From Octopus bimaculoides (lineage: Eukaryota), in NCBI RefSeq assembly GCF_001194135.2, contig NC_068981.1, positions 40,960,987 to 41,024,986 on the forward strand: 64,000 bases of DNA, in the 5' to 3' direction. The translations under genes were made by a program, and so were the position numbers. Every line of letters begins with the position of its first letter. Positions within the stretch are counted from its first letter, which is position 1. The notes beneath the pieces were generated by a model, which was not told the origin of the DNA, searched no databases, and saw nothing but the letters and a program-made list of their open reading frames with translations. This document shows, piece after piece, positions 35,473 through 49,600 of this stretch.

Positions 35473-36517
35473 CTGTCCTCAAATGAGTACAGTGGATTAA
35501 TAATGGTTAAGTGACAGGTGCAAAAAAAATTTTCACTTCATTGAAATCTCCCCCATTAGTCAGAGAATAACACAAAACTTGGTAAATTGTCAGCTACAAA
35601 AAGATAAGGGATAAATAATTTCAAGAAATTAGAAATAATTCTGCAGAATTAATTCATATGCTTAATGAGAAAATCTGATCTTTATTACCAAACAAGTTGT
35701 GGATATGTTTCTGTCTTATTGGACATGTTAAAAATTGTTTTGTTATATACAAAAAACAGTCAAAAAAATCTTTTAAGAAATAAACTTGTTTCAGTTTCAG
35801 CCCTAAATTTCACAAACCAAAGCAACTTATGCAAGAACAAATTCAAAGTGTTTGTTGTTCATTGTGAATAAAAGTAGTCTGATACTAACCTTTGTATGAC
35901 CTCTTACACTTGTTTAAAATCAGAAAAATTTGACCTCATTTTTCTTTGAATTCTCTAACTTGTGGACTCAATATATTATTAAATCTGCTATTAACTTATT
36001 AGTGCCCAACCTATGATAGATCATATGGAAAACCTGACAAAAGAAAAATAATTTTTTAAATCTAACTGCTCAACCTTTCATTTCAAAACCTATACCAATA
36101 TGGACTTTAACAATGTCTCTCGTGTTATTTGGCAACTTTGACCTTATAATTTCATTTAACATTTTGCTGCAAACTTTTCCTTCAGTAATCATTTTGATCT
36201 GGTCAAGTATATATTTAGTGATGTAGAATTCCAAACTTTAATTAATATTTTTAATCAGCAACTTATGTCTTCTAAATGATATTTCAACCAAAAATATTTT
36301 GAACGTTTTAGTTTATAAAATGTTTTTCCCATGAGTATCATAAATCATATGCTGGGAATTGGAGTGTTCATTTCAGAATTTTATAGAATTCATATTTTGC
36401 ATACAGTTGCGTTAATTTTTTTGCTCTCTTGTACTTTATTTGTTGTTTTTACTAGTAAATATATTTGTCTATTACTTAATTGCAAAATACATTTTTACAT
36501 TTAGCTATAAAACAATC

Positions 36518-38274
36518 ATGCCAAAGAGAAATTTTGCTGTCAAGAGGGATGCAGAAGAAATATTGAACATTATTATCGAAGCCAGTGAGCATTCTGAAAT
36601 TGACTGATGATGCACAAGAACTTGAATTTGTTTTGCAAATTTTGATGGTCAAAATTCAGATAAAAATGATGCAGGCAGTGATTGCCAAGAGGTGTCAGCA
36701 AATCTTAGAGACATTGGTCAGGTGTGATTTCACAAAGTACAGAAATTCAAGTGCAAAATCAAGGTTATAAAAGAGGTTTTGAAATAAATAGTGAATTAAT
36801 TGAACTTTCTGATAGTTTTCTATGAAAAAGTGTAGAAGTGCAATGAAAATTTCATGTACATAGGCTCCTAAAAGCATAAAAAAAAGTTCCCAAACGTTTG
36901 AGTTCTAGGTAAATGAATTAGAACCTGCAATTATAAAGAACATAAGGGAAAATGAAGGTAAGCCTATTGACATTTTCAAATTATGCTTTACTGAGAAAAT
37001 AATGGGACACATATGCAAAGAGACAGTTAAATATGCATCCTAAAAAGGAGGTACACAATTTACTTTCTCTGTTGAAGATCTTTACAAATATTTTGCAATC
37101 CTTTTAAAAGGATTGGAAGACTCATCCAGATGCAAATAACTTTTTAGTAAGCCATTTTATAAGTAGAAATAAATTTGAAAAGATTCATCAATATATACTC
37201 TTCGATGGTAACATGACAATTGATCTTTGTGACAAAGTTTATAAAATTAGGCCTCTCCTAGACCATCTAAATGAGAAATTCTGTGAGTTCATTCTACCAA
37301 TGGGTAAAACTTTTTCTCTTCATAAGGCAATGGAGCCTTACTATGGGCACCATGGAATGAAGCAGTTTATAAGAGGAAAGCCAATCCATTATGGATTTAA
37401 GATTTGGTGTCTAACAACAACAGAAGGGTATTTGATTAGATTTTATCCATATACTGATGCAGAAGTGGCAGGAAAACCTCTTGGATCTTCAGTAATAGAA
37501 AGACTTTGTTGAAGTTTTGTACTTTAGTGTGCTTGCATCTTTATGGACAATTATTTCACTTCCTTACCTTTGATGCAGTCACGGTCAAGCATGTGTGTTG
37601 GAACTATCAGAAAAGATCGAATTGAGCAGGCACCCTCAGAGGATCTAAGTAATGCTCAATGACGTACATATTGTGCAGTTGAAGATCAAGCAAATGGAAT
37701 TACTCTTGTTAGGTGGAACGATAATAACCAAGTTACTTTAGTTACAAATTCAAAAGACAATGCTTTGTTTGAAGTTGGAAGTTGTAAGCAATGGAAGAAA
37801 ACTGAAAGAAAGCACATTACTGTTCCACAACCGAATGTTGCTAAGTTATACAACAAACGAATGGGGGGGAGTTGATTTTTTAAATAAAATGAGGGGACAT
37901 TACAGAATAAGAATTAGATCAAAAAAGTAGTATTGGCCTTTGTTTCACTTTTGTCTCAATGGGAGCATGGTGAATCTATGGATCTTGTACCGTCAAATTG
38001 AAAAGAACGTTTCTCTCTTGGAATTCACCAGACAAATTGTTATGACACTACTTGACTACTTGCTGCACCAGACTTAGGACCAGAGCAAGGAGTCCATCCT
38101 AAAACAATGAAACAAGTTCTTGAAACAGTTAGATTTCATGGTAAAAACCACTTGGTCAATAAAAATTATTCACAGAGAAGAAATGCAGCATGTGGAAAAT
38201 GTGCCAAGTTTGTATGTATTAAATGTAATGTTGAACTTCATCCTGATATGTGTTTTGTAGCTTACCATCAGTAA
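36518..38274 (+). pseudogene. piggyBac transposase (PGBD2/PGBD3-like), disrupted
   Basis: KIRPLLDHLN…SL(HK for DE)AMEPYYGHHGMKQFIRGKPIHYGFKIWCL; FMDNYFTSLPL; GTIRKDR; RWNDNNQVTLVTN; PQPNVAKLYNKRMGG/VD; YWPLF; C-terminal CGKC…CIKCNVELH…CF..YH; many stops and frameshifts. Confidence 0.92.
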
Positions 38275-38822
38275 AGGCATAAATTAAATGATGACCATTA
38301 ATATTAATAATTTTTTAGTGTAATTTCTTTCAATAAAGAAATGTAAAAGAACATTTTCTTTATCCCTAAATTCTTATGAACTAGGAAAATTCAATGCCCA
38401 GCATATATATCATACATTAAAAGAACATGAAAACTGCAATTTTTTTTTGTAAAAAACAATATGAGTACTTTAAATGCAGTGTCCCAGATACCAAATTAAA
38501 TTTTTATTAAAAGATTCAACTTTTTTAATTTTGGGTATTAGTGAGAAAGAGAATTAAAATATTTAAAAGTATTCATTAATGAGAGTATTGTACATTTACA
38601 TTTTCAGTGTCAATTCTTTATGTCCATTCATTCTACTTTTCACTCCACTTGACAAATAATGAGCATAGCAACCAAAGTGAAATAATAGAATTTGAGAGAA
38701 CTACGGCTGGTCAGCAAATAATTGTGCAAAGAGTTTTCAAAGTGGGATAAATTATCTTAGAGAGATTCTGATATGTTATGGTTTATCTGGGCTAAAGAAC
38801 ACAAATTGTAAGCCTACTAGTT

Positions 38823-39053
38823 TTTGGGGGTTTTTTTCTACTCTAGGCACAAGGCCTGATATTTTTAGGGAGGGGACCAGTCGATTAGATTGACTCCAGT
38901 ACGCAACTGGGACTTAATCTATCGACCCCGAAAGGATGAAAGGCAAAGACAACTTTGGTGGAATATGAACTCAGAACATAAAAGACAGACGAAATCCTGC
39001 TAAGCATTATTACCCAGCATGCTAACGTTTCTGCCAGCTCGCCGCCTTAAAAC
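38823..39053 (-). mobile_element. Full-length SINE family B copy with TSD
   Basis: Reverse of AAGGCGGCGAGCTGGCAGAAACGTTAGC… with Deu/Nin-like core; flanked by CCTACTAGTT (38813-38822 and 39054-39063). Confidence 0.85.
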
Positions 39054-39685
39054 CCTACTAGTTATTGCCTAAACCCTACATAAAACCTAAATCAATATAT
39101 CAAAAGGCATTTCAGCAATGAACATACCATCTTTCTTCTCTCCTTTTTTTTTCTTTTGCTTTGAGTGGATCTAGTGGACCAGAGCTGAAGGATACTTGGC
39201 ACACACACACACATACACACATGCACATATGTGTGTGTATGTCTGTGTGTGTACGTGTCTCCTTGTCTTGAGATTGTGTATGTCACCATCATACAAGTGA
39301 TTTAGATTTGACTTAATTTAGTATTTAATGAACCAAACAGCCACTCAGCACCACAGTTTAAAGAGGGGAAGTGTGTGGAGATAAAAAGGAAGGACGGCAG
39401 AAAATAATATAATTAATAATAGTTTTCAAATTTAAAAAAAAAAAAAAGAACTAAAATGTAAATGGTGGAAAGAAAATCTTTAAAAATAAGATCAGTTCCT
39501 TTGAATTTTCTTTATCTCCCTCTGTTTGTGTGTGTGTATTGGTTCTCTCAAGAGACGAATGAATGAAAAATGTAGAGGGGAGGAGAGAATGAAAAAAGAT
39601 GGTTTAAAATAAAAGCAAGTTTGAATGAAAGAGCAAGAAAGAAAAAAAAAAATGCTTTGCTGGATATTTCTTTGTACATATTTGC

Positions 39686-39728
<43 letters not shown>

Positions 39729-39729
39729 T
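39686..39729. repeat. (TTTC)n microsatellite
   Basis: direct inspection. Confidence 0.95.
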
Positions 39730-40118
39730 GAAAACCGCTTCTGGATCAAATCACCCACACACCTCTTTCTTTTTATGGTTGCTAGCCCTAGTCAAACTGT
39801 TCAACTCATACCAGCATGGACAACGGACATTAAATAATGATGATGATGATGATGATGAATATCTTAGGTGAATGCTAAATTCTATTTCCTACTTTAGTCT
39901 TCACACGACAATTTTATATCTTTGCACCTCAGTGGGTAGGATTGGGCACTTATTTATTTGAGATTGGATTTTTTAATCTCACCTTTAACATTTATATTAT
40001 ACTTCAAGTACAAAAACAGTCTGGATTTTTAATTTTTTAGAATAAAGGATTAAGAATCTCCAAAAGGTTTTTTTATTTCAGAAAAAGTTTTCCTTTTTTA
40101 ATTTATTATTATTTCTAA

Positions 40119-40338
40119 CCCTTTAGCACTCAGATTACTCTGTCAAATGTAATGCTTATCCATTCAAATAACTTTGAATTAATCATGCATTATTTTGTAG
40201 TTTTGAGATTTTGATGATGTGATTGTTTATTTTTAGAATGACATTGTGGAGTAGGTGTGAGAGGTCCAATATGGCTGGTTTGAACATAAAACAGATAGAA
40301 TATTTGGGCTGGATATGGTCAGTGTAAATGCTAAAGGA
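40119..40338. mobile_element. piggyBac-type MITE (same family as 25710-25913, opposite orientation)
   Basis: CTAA|CCCTTTAGCA…TGCTAAAGGA|TTAA. Confidence 0.75.
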
Positions 40339-40511
40339 TTAAAGCAAAAAGTGATCAAGGCTAAAAGATTTACAGCTGTATTTGTTTCCGTGTATAAATA
40401 TATTTTGCTGACATTTGAAGTGTACAAATAGGTTTTGTTTGTATATGTATTTATATTTTCATCTTTAATATCTGAAACTGAAACAAAAGAATTTTAAATT
40501 TTCTGAAAATA

Positions 40512-40705
40512 AAACAACTAGTGTAAACAAGTACATTTCAAATGCAAATAAAATATATTTACATACAAAACAAACAACTAATGCAAACAGGTATGTTTAT
40601 ACATTTCAAATGCAAATAAAATATATTTACATACAAAGCAAACAGCTAGTGCAAACAAGTATGTTTATACATTTCAAATGCAAATAAAGTATATTTACAA
40701 ACAAG
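40512..40705. repeat. ~68-bp tandem repeat, 3 copies
   Basis: CATTTCAAATGCAAATAAAATATATTTACA starts at 40534, 40602 and 40670 (one mismatch in the third copy). Confidence 0.9.
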
Positions 40706-43438
40706 AAACTACAGCAGATGTCAATCCCTTAACACTATCAGTTTTAAATTGAAAACAAAAATATTACATTTTTCATTTTTAAGTAAAAAAAAAAAAATTT
40801 AGAATCCAAATTTTTGATGCTCAAGCATAAACATCTGAAAAGTTTCTAAAAAGAAAAGAGCAAAATAAAGAAGTTTGAGATGGCCGTCAAAAAAATTCAC
40901 ATTAAAACAAATGAGGGCTTTGGATTCTGATTACAGCCTGGTATTTTCAGTAGTTACTGCATAACCACTCCTTTTGACAAGACTGCTGTGAAATGCACTT
41001 ACAGGCTCTAACATTACCAATGTATATCCGTACAAACTAGGAAAAGAATAGAACACTCCAACTTGAAAAATATTCAACTGTACTTAAAAACGCTTGTTGA
41101 AAAAATGGAAGGAAAGTATATGTATACAACAGAAGTTTTTACTTTTCTATAATACTGTTTAGCCCTAGTTCAACTGGAAAGGCTTTCCAGCCATGACATT
41201 CCAATCTTTTGGGGGCTATATAGGATTACACAATTCAATGTGCTCTTCTTTGTTTAGAATGGTAGAATGTGATTTGAAAGAGATTTGGCTAGTATTTCTA
41301 ACATGTTGAGTAGCAACTTACAGGCTCCCTCATTGGTTCTATTTCTGTAAAGATGATAATCAAAATGACCTTTTACTTGTTTCAGTCATTAGACTGTGGC
41401 CATGCAGGAGCATTGCCTCCAAGAATTTTTAGTTGAATGAATCACCCCCCAGTACTTATTATTGCTTTTAAGCCTTGTACTTATGCTATCAGTCTCTGTT
41501 ACCAAACCACTAAGTTACAGGGACAGAAACACTAACCGGTTGTCAAGCAGTAATGGGAGACAAAGATAGACACACACATATACAAACACACACAAACACA
41601 CACACACACACACATGCACACACACACCACACACCACATACACACACACCACACACACGCATGCACACACACACACACACACACACGACAGGCTTCTTTC
41701 AGTTACTGACTGCCAAATCCACTCACAATGCTTTGGTCAGTCTGAGGTTATATTAGGAGACACTTGCCCAAGGTGTCATGCAGTGGGACTGAACCCAGAA
41801 GTATGTAGTTTAGAAGCAAGTTTCTTACCATACAGCTATGCCTGAACCTCAAAACCATATAAAATAAAATGGACTATAAATTCAATTCTTAGAAATATTC
41901 ATCTCAAAACAAAGATTTGAATGCCTTTATAAATTAGCCCATTAATTGAATTAAAAATAGTGAATTCAGAAGCAGAATCAATAGATTTGTACATAAGCTT
42001 GGATCTAAACACTTATAAGTCCTTTAATCTGAAAACATTCAGATTACTGTGCAAAGTGTAATGCTAATTTATTCACATTGTTTTGAATTGATCATGCATT
42101 ACCTTGTAGCTTTGAGATTGCAATGATGTGATTGTTTATTTTTAGGATGACATTGTAAGGTAGGTGTGAGAGGCTGGATCTGGTCAGTTTGAACATAATC
42201 CGTGTAGAATATTTCAGCCAGGTATGGCTGGTCTAAATACTGAAAGATCTGGTAATAAAACAAAAACAAGTAAGTAAATATACTGACTGCACTATATACA
42301 AAAGTACAACATCAAACAGACTGCTTTGTGGTAATTGTACTCTGGGTTCAAATCACTGTACGCTGGGTTCAAATCCTGCCTGAGGCCAACTTAGCCATTC
42401 ACTTCTTCAGAGTTATAAAAAAAAGTACCTATTCAAGGCATTGGATTACTGGAACTGTTATAATATCAAACCAGATCCTTTCTGGTATTTGTCCTGGCTT
42501 TTTGCATTCTGAGTTCAAATCCCACCATGACCTACTTGGATGGTAGACTTAATCTACCACTTGCTTTATTAACATCACCACTTGGCACCTTGAATGCCTT
42601 TAGTGGAGTCCATTCTGTTGCAAGCATTCAAACCAAGTCTCTAGGTCAAGGATACCTTCCTTCTGCGCACCAGTTTTGGAGACCTGATGTCATGGGCTCT
42701 GTCTTCCCTCCTGATTACAAGATATAAGAAAAAAAACACTATCACAATGCATAAAACTTCTCTTTTCGTTTTTAGACAGTTCTCTCAGTCTTTCTCTCAG
42801 ATAACTTATTCTGTGGTTGTGGTTGCTGTTGTATAGCTCTAGATTAGTTGATCAAGCAAACCTTGCAGTTACACTGCTCCCATATCTGAGATAGTGCAGC
42901 TGCTACACACACGGAAAATCTTGGTTATTAATCATCATTTAACATCTGTTCTTCATGCTGGCATGGGTTTGATGGCTTGACCATAGTGGGCAAACCAGAG
43001 GGCTACGCCAAGCTCCAGTGTCTACTTTGGCACAGTTTCTATGAATGCAAGCCCTTCCTAACATCAACCACTTTAAAGATTGTAGGTGCTTTTCCTTCTG
43101 TAAAGTGGCTGGCATTAGGAAGAATATCTAGCTGTAGAAACCATGCCAAAGCATACTTTAGAACTTGGTGCAGTCCTCTGTCCATTCAACTTATTCCACG
43201 ATCTTACGATCATGAGTCCAATACCCTAACCGCTAAGCCACAGGGTACAGGACAACTCAACACCGCCAACTTAACATCGCCGACTCAATGCCAACACAAC
43301 TCAACACCAGGAAAATTGATTAATAAATAATTTATTCATTTTATAACATTATCAGGTACTTATAAATAAATGGTGTTGATTGCCAACATCGGTAGAAAAA
43401 TATGAATTCTTGGTATTCCTTCTTTGAATGGTTTAAAG

Positions 43439-46400
43439 CAGGGATGGGGAACCTGTGGCCTTAAGGCCGCATGCAGCCTTCTGGGTCAGCAAGTGCAGCC
43501 TTCTGCAGCCTTTGATGTAAATGTTAATATATATTTTTTAAGACCTTGATTTTCTTTATCTATAGTTTTTATGCATAAATTTACAATACACACACATATA
43601 TAGATGAGAGGAAAAATAACTGTGTTCAGTGATGTCACTCTCAGAAATTGGAAGCATTTTTCTATGAACCTAATGACTATAAACTTAAAGCAACATGGCT
43701 ATAAAGGCAACATTCCCTTGTCAATCATGCCAGCCTAGTAGGAGTGAGTAACCTTACGCGTGATACATGTAGAGTTCCTGTCTCGTATACCTCCTCACTG
43801 TGGTTTGTGCTAAGTACTACTCAGTAACTTTACACGTGATACATGCAGAGTTCTTGTCTCATCTACTTCCTCACTGTGGTCTGACTACGTACTACTCTGT
43901 TAATTGTAGTCATGACTAAGTTCATAGTGACTTGTGAAATTGTAAGTCTGAGTTAGTTATAGCCTCATATGAAAGCGTACATTCACTAGTGCACGCGTTG
44001 TTTTGCAGACTTCCTTTTTGTCACTGAGACTTAATTAGTAACAATGATTGAATTCATTGCTACTCTGTTAGGCCTACTGCACACCATTCCAGATAAAACA
44101 GTCTTAGATAAGACAATCAATCAGCAACCGAAACCATGTTCTTGGAATTTTGGTCATGACTTTAGCAATTGTTGTTTTGATTGAAAACCATCAACATTTG
44201 CCATAATTTCTATATTAATTGGGTAATGATAAATAATAGTACTAATTACAGAAAAGAATATTATAAATCTAGATGATATTTATTCTTGAATGGTAGTGAC
44301 AATTGCCGAATTCAAGACCAAGAATATGGTTTTGGATGCAGGTTTATCGTATCTTGTCTGAGATTGTTTTTTCTGGGTCAGTGTGCAGCCAGCCTTACTA
44401 ATTAATTATCATCCTTTTATTTTTTAGCAGTATTCCAGAATGAAAACAATTTTCAACCCATAAGTATGTCAAAGAAATTGAAACAAACTTTGAAAGAAGA
44501 AAATAAGATCTTCAATGAAGAATGGGAATTACAATATTTTTTAGTGAATAGTGGAGGCAAAATGTCTTGTTTGCTTTGTGATACTGCAATTGTAATGGTT
44601 AAGAAATTCAATGCACAGCAGCATTATGTTCTTCATAAAGACAATAATTATGCCAAATAAGAGGGTGAGTCTTGAAAGAAAGCACCGCAGAAACTGAAAG
44701 ATGGAAAACAAAAGCAAAGACAATTTTTCCATTCTGTGTTACATCAAGGGAATGGTGCGACATTAATTACTTGGAAAAAAAGGTGAACCATTCATCGATT
44801 CAAAACCCATAAAGGAATGTATTTTAGAAGTGGTAAGATGTATAGATCCAGATAAAGTTAACAAATATAAAGAGGTGCCTCTTTCAAGAAAAACTAATAC
44901 AGATGGACAGCATGAATTGGCATGTGATGTAACAGAGCAACTGAAAAATATAATCCAAAAAGAAACTGTATATTATTCAGTAGCTCTGGATGAATCAACA
45001 AATTCCACTGATTCAGCATAGGTATTGTATTTTATTCGTGCTATAACTGATGATTTGCTTGCTTTAGGCACCCTTAAAGGACAGACGTGGGGGATAGATA
45101 TTTTTAACAACTTCAAAGAGCAATGCCACAAAGTAGGACTAAATATTAGTAATTTGGTAAGTATGTGCATGGATGGCTAAGAATGAAGGATTTATTGCAC
45201 ATCTTAAAAGAGAAACCAAAGATCCAAGTGAATTGATTTCTGTTCATTGTATTTTGCATCAGCAAAATCTCTGTGCAAAATCTGCCATTTTAAATGACAC
45301 TTTGCATAAGGTTATATGTATTGTAAACTATATTCAAGCAAGTGCCACGAAGCATCGTCAATTTAGAAGCATGCTGATGATGGATGATGGAGTAATTAGT
45401 GTAGATTTTCCTAATCACTCAAAAGTACGCTGGCTGTCACAAGGGAAAGTATTGGTCAAAATTGTATCTTTACAAAAGCAAATAATTGACTTTTTCAAAG
45501 TAAACAACAAACATTGTGATTTATCAGATCCAAACTTTTACAGAGATGTTGCATTTTTATGTGATGTTATATCAAAATAAAATGAGTTAAACATTTCGTT
45601 GCGAGGCAGAAATAAATTTATTTATGATATGTGGCAAAAAATTCAGGCATTTAGAAAAAAGTTGTTTTTCAAGTCTCTTTTGGCTAAATCAAAACTTTCA
45701 GAGGAACACTTTCCCCAGTTTATGAATGTAATGAGTGAATATGAAGATATCTTTGGATCTTTTGAAGAATACAAGTCAGTTTTAGACTCATTAATAGAAG
45801 AATACAAGAAAAGATTCAGTGATTTTGAAAAGCATAACATCACTCTGAAACATGCTTTTCAGTCTCACTTAGTTGATGTACCAAAGACTCCTGAAGAGTT
45901 ACAAATGGAGCTTATTGAAATGTCTGAAGATAATATCCTGAAATCTCAGTTTGACAACAGGGACAATCTCATTGAAATTTGGGAAAAGGCAATAGAATAT
46001 CCTCGTCTTCGTGAACATGCATGCCGACTGATTTCCTACTTTTCTACAACATACTGTTGTGAATCCACATTCTCGTACTTGATGCAAATCAAGAATTCAC
46101 TGAGGACACAATTGACAGATGAGCATTTAGAGGACTAATTGATACTAAGAACCACTATGTTAGAACCTGATATCAAAATGCTTTCTAAAAAAAAACAGAC
46201 TCAAAGAAGTCATTAATTTGAATAAAGACTAAATACATGCCTAAAGGAAATATTTCAAAATTTCATATTCTTGGTGTTTATAAGCTTGACTTTTTTTAAA
46301 AGATTATTATTCATTTACTTATTTAAAAAAAGTTCTTAAGTAAAATATTTGAAAATGTCATATTTCCAATTTTTATTCACCAGTCTTTTTTTCTATGACA

Positions 46401-46531
46401 TTACTATTAAATTACTTAGCGGCCTATGCCTAAGGATAAAATGACAAAAAAAATATTTGTTCAATGTGGCCTCTATGAGGGGCAATGAATTGTAAGGTGG
46501 CTTTCATGAACAAAAAGGTTCCCCACCCCTG
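43439..46531 (+). mobile_element. hAT transposon, Buster/SPIN/Charlie group, full length (3093 bp)
   Basis: TIRs CAGGGATGGGGAACCT / AGGTTCCCCACCCCTG (15/16); 8-bp TSD GTTTAAAG / TTTTACAG with central TA; 76-bp subterminal tandem duplication at 43747-43897. Confidence 0.92.
44466..46216 (+). pseudogene. hAT transposase (GTF2IRD2/SPIN-like), disrupted
   Basis: BED-like F..EWELQYF…CLLC…HY..H; YSVALDEST; CMDG; HCILHQQNLC; VRWLSQG; YCCESTFS; stops at 44658, 45578 and 46136 plus frameshifts. Confidence 0.93.
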
Positions 46532-46643
46532 TTTTACAGCTATCTAAATACCTTTGACACAAGCTAAATAGGCCATTATGACCAATAAATTACTTGATGA
46601 AGCTTGGGCCAATCATGAAGCAAACAAACCATTGTTCTGGAAT

Positions 46644-46645
<2 letters not shown>

Positions 46646-46683
<38 letters not shown>
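46646..46683. repeat. (CA)n microsatellite
   Basis: direct inspection. Confidence 0.95.
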
Positions 46684-46686
<3 letters not shown>

Positions 46687-49600
46687 ATTATATCCTTTAT
46701 AAATTGTTTTTATTCAAATTTTAGAAGTTCTGCTTTTTTTTTTATTCAAGCCATGTATTAAGATTAATCTTTTTATAAATTTCTGATAATGTTATAAAAT
46801 GAATAGTTAAAAACGGATGAAGTTATAAAATGAATAAATTATTTATTAATCAATTTTCCTGGTGTTTAGTTGTCTTGGTGTTGCATTGTCCTGATGTTGA
46901 GTTGTCCTGGTGTTGAGTCGGCAGTGTTGAGTTGGCAGTGGTGAGTTGTCCCTATTTGTAAGCCACATGCCCACCCACAGACGTACTGTATCATCTTTCT
47001 GCCTTTCTACTGCTTCTACAGTGGCTTCCGCTCTTCAGAACTGGTCAATCTCATGTCACTTCTAAGTACTTCTGACTCACTTATAACACTCTAGCCTTTG
47101 TAGTGAAATTGAACTTCTAATTGTGTTGTTCATGGCTTCAGAAAGTGAGTTACAAGATCGTATTCTTGGTATATACAGTGACTGTCTTTGTTGAAGAAAT
47201 TCTAAGTTGTCATATTGCCATACAAGGATAACTTTGATATTTCCAATCCAAGATACAGTTCATACTTCCAGTCCAAGATGCAGTTCAGTGAAGTATCTAC
47301 ATTGCAGATTGATGACACCAGTGTGTAGAAGGTGTTTGTATATTACTTTATTTAATTATTTATACAAATATAATGCCATTCTCCAATCACATGTTTGTAT
47401 GTGGGGGTGGGGTGTAAACCTGCATTTGAGAACAATAACCACGTTTGGAACACAAAGAGAGGCCTTGTTCGATTATATTCAAAGGGAACAAGGTATAGGA
47501 TATGTTTCTACATTGACTTTTGAATGTTTGCTTTTGTTGAAAGCTGAATTATCTTCTAAACATAATTTTTTTTATCAGATAGTCTTATTTGCATGACTAC
47601 CTTTAGCACTCCATGTATATATAGTTTTCACAGAGGCAGTTTGGTACTAGTTGGAAATAAGTTACCAGAAAATCATCAATGAAATCAGCAATAGATTAGG
47701 TTAATTTGTCCCTTACATAATTTCTTGAAGAATGTTTAGATCCAGCAACAGAATTATATGTCATTCAGCTAGCTTGCCAGTTCAGATGATGGATATTAAA
47801 GCTTCCTACAACATTACGAATCACACACTAAATTCATTCATCTATGAGAGTATCAGATATTTGATCAACTTAATCCCTATGACAACATTCAAAGTAACTT
47901 GAAACTCTCTGACATTCAGCTACCAAGAGAAATTACTGGTCCTAAGAAAGCCTCTGGAAATATTTTACTGAATAACAATAAATAGTAAGTTTGCCTGTAT
48001 TGAACCTTAGACCATAATGCATGCTTATTTCCAAAATTTGTTACTGTGTAACCCCAGATTATCCTTGATTGAGCTGTACTAATATCAAAAATGTTCCAGC
48101 CACGAAACAGGATAATGTAGTTTTAGATATACTATGTATCCATTTTTTTTTAAAAGATGATTGGCTGTAAATTAAGGGAAGTTTGGCTGCTATTTTCAAG
48201 AGGTTGAGTGATCACTTAGAGGTTCCCTCATAACATACCTAGTTGGTAGTTGTGTGTCATTTTGAGTATTCCATTTTGGAATTTAATAATGCAACAATTG
48301 TTGAATGGAATTTTTGCTATGTGGTAAGTGTTGAGCAGGAGTTTTGCTGTCCTGTTTGTTGAGCATAATTGTAGCAGTGTGATGATTGTTGAATAGAATT
48401 ATACTCTACGCTTGTTGAAAGTTGTGCATTCCAAGAGACTTACATAGCTGTTAACAGAATGATAGTTCTGCAAACTTGGATTTAAATTCATTGTCAGAAA
48501 GCCACACAGTCAATAAAATATCATATTCTTTGGTTATTACATGTAATTGAAACATCTATTTACCCACTGTTTCTCCTCAAAGATTAATGCAAGTAATATG
48601 TTCACCAAGTATGTCAGTGATAAAATAACAAGCCATAACTGCATGCTTTGTCAGAAAGATTTATTGTATCAGATTTTTCTTTCTTCCTTTCTTTTTTATT
48701 GTAAAAATGCTTTGTCTGGAATCAGTACATTAAACTATTGTGTTTCTAGCATTTTTGACACCATGATTTCACTTGAAGATTGTAGGTTTTCATGTTTATT
48801 TTTCATTATTTGTTGTATTTGTCGTTTTTGCATGTTTATTTTTTTAAAAATTGTTTATTAAGTTTTCTCATTTTTTTTCTTCTTTTTCACTATTTGTTGA
48901 TTTTTGCTTAGTTTTCTAAAAATGCATTCCTGATTCATAGAGATTTTTGTGAGTATGTCTTCTCTCACATCTAGGAGGAGAGAGATAATACTTGTTGCTT
49001 TTTGTACATCCATAATCTCTAATACGGAACAGTATTTAGGGTGGAGGTGTTGACAGTTTGAACTAGTTATACTATGTAGATAGGAGCCTTTCAGAATTTT
49101 ATGACAGACTGGAATGTGCAAAAAAGGGCAATGCTGTTTGTTGTTGTTGCCACTCAATAGTGTAAATTTACAAATGCTTTTTCAAGATATAGGCAAGTTT
49201 GTTTGTTTTTTGGTTTGTTTGTTTTTTACTTTTTGTTTTTTATAGTGGTTTGAACTTTTGGCTGAGTAGAATTCGAGCTTGGTTCATTCAGGCACCTCAG
49301 ACTACCACTACCAGCAACACCACCACCACATCATAATTATTAAGGTGGTAAGCTGGCAGAATCATTATCATGTTGGAGAAAATGCATAGCAACATTTCTT
49401 TAGTCTTTATGTTCTGAGTTCAAATTCTATTGAGGTTAATTTTGCCTTCCTTTCTGAACTGATGAAACAAGTACCAATCAAGAACTGAGGTTAATGTAAC
49501 TGACTAGCTCCTACCCTAAAAGCCTTGTGCCTATTGTAGAAAAGATTATTATTATTTTTATTATGAACAGAAGTTTATGGTGGAAACTATAACTACTAAT

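Larger units (their letters stand above)
43243..46958. mobile_element. Long-TIR (Mutator-like/foldback) non-autonomous element with 9-bp TSD, interrupted by a hAT
   Basis: Arms 43250-43355 and 46783-46951 are inverted copies with ~15-bp subrepeats (GGTGTTGAGTTGTCC); TAAGCCACA at 43234-43242 and 46959-46967. Confidence 0.75.
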
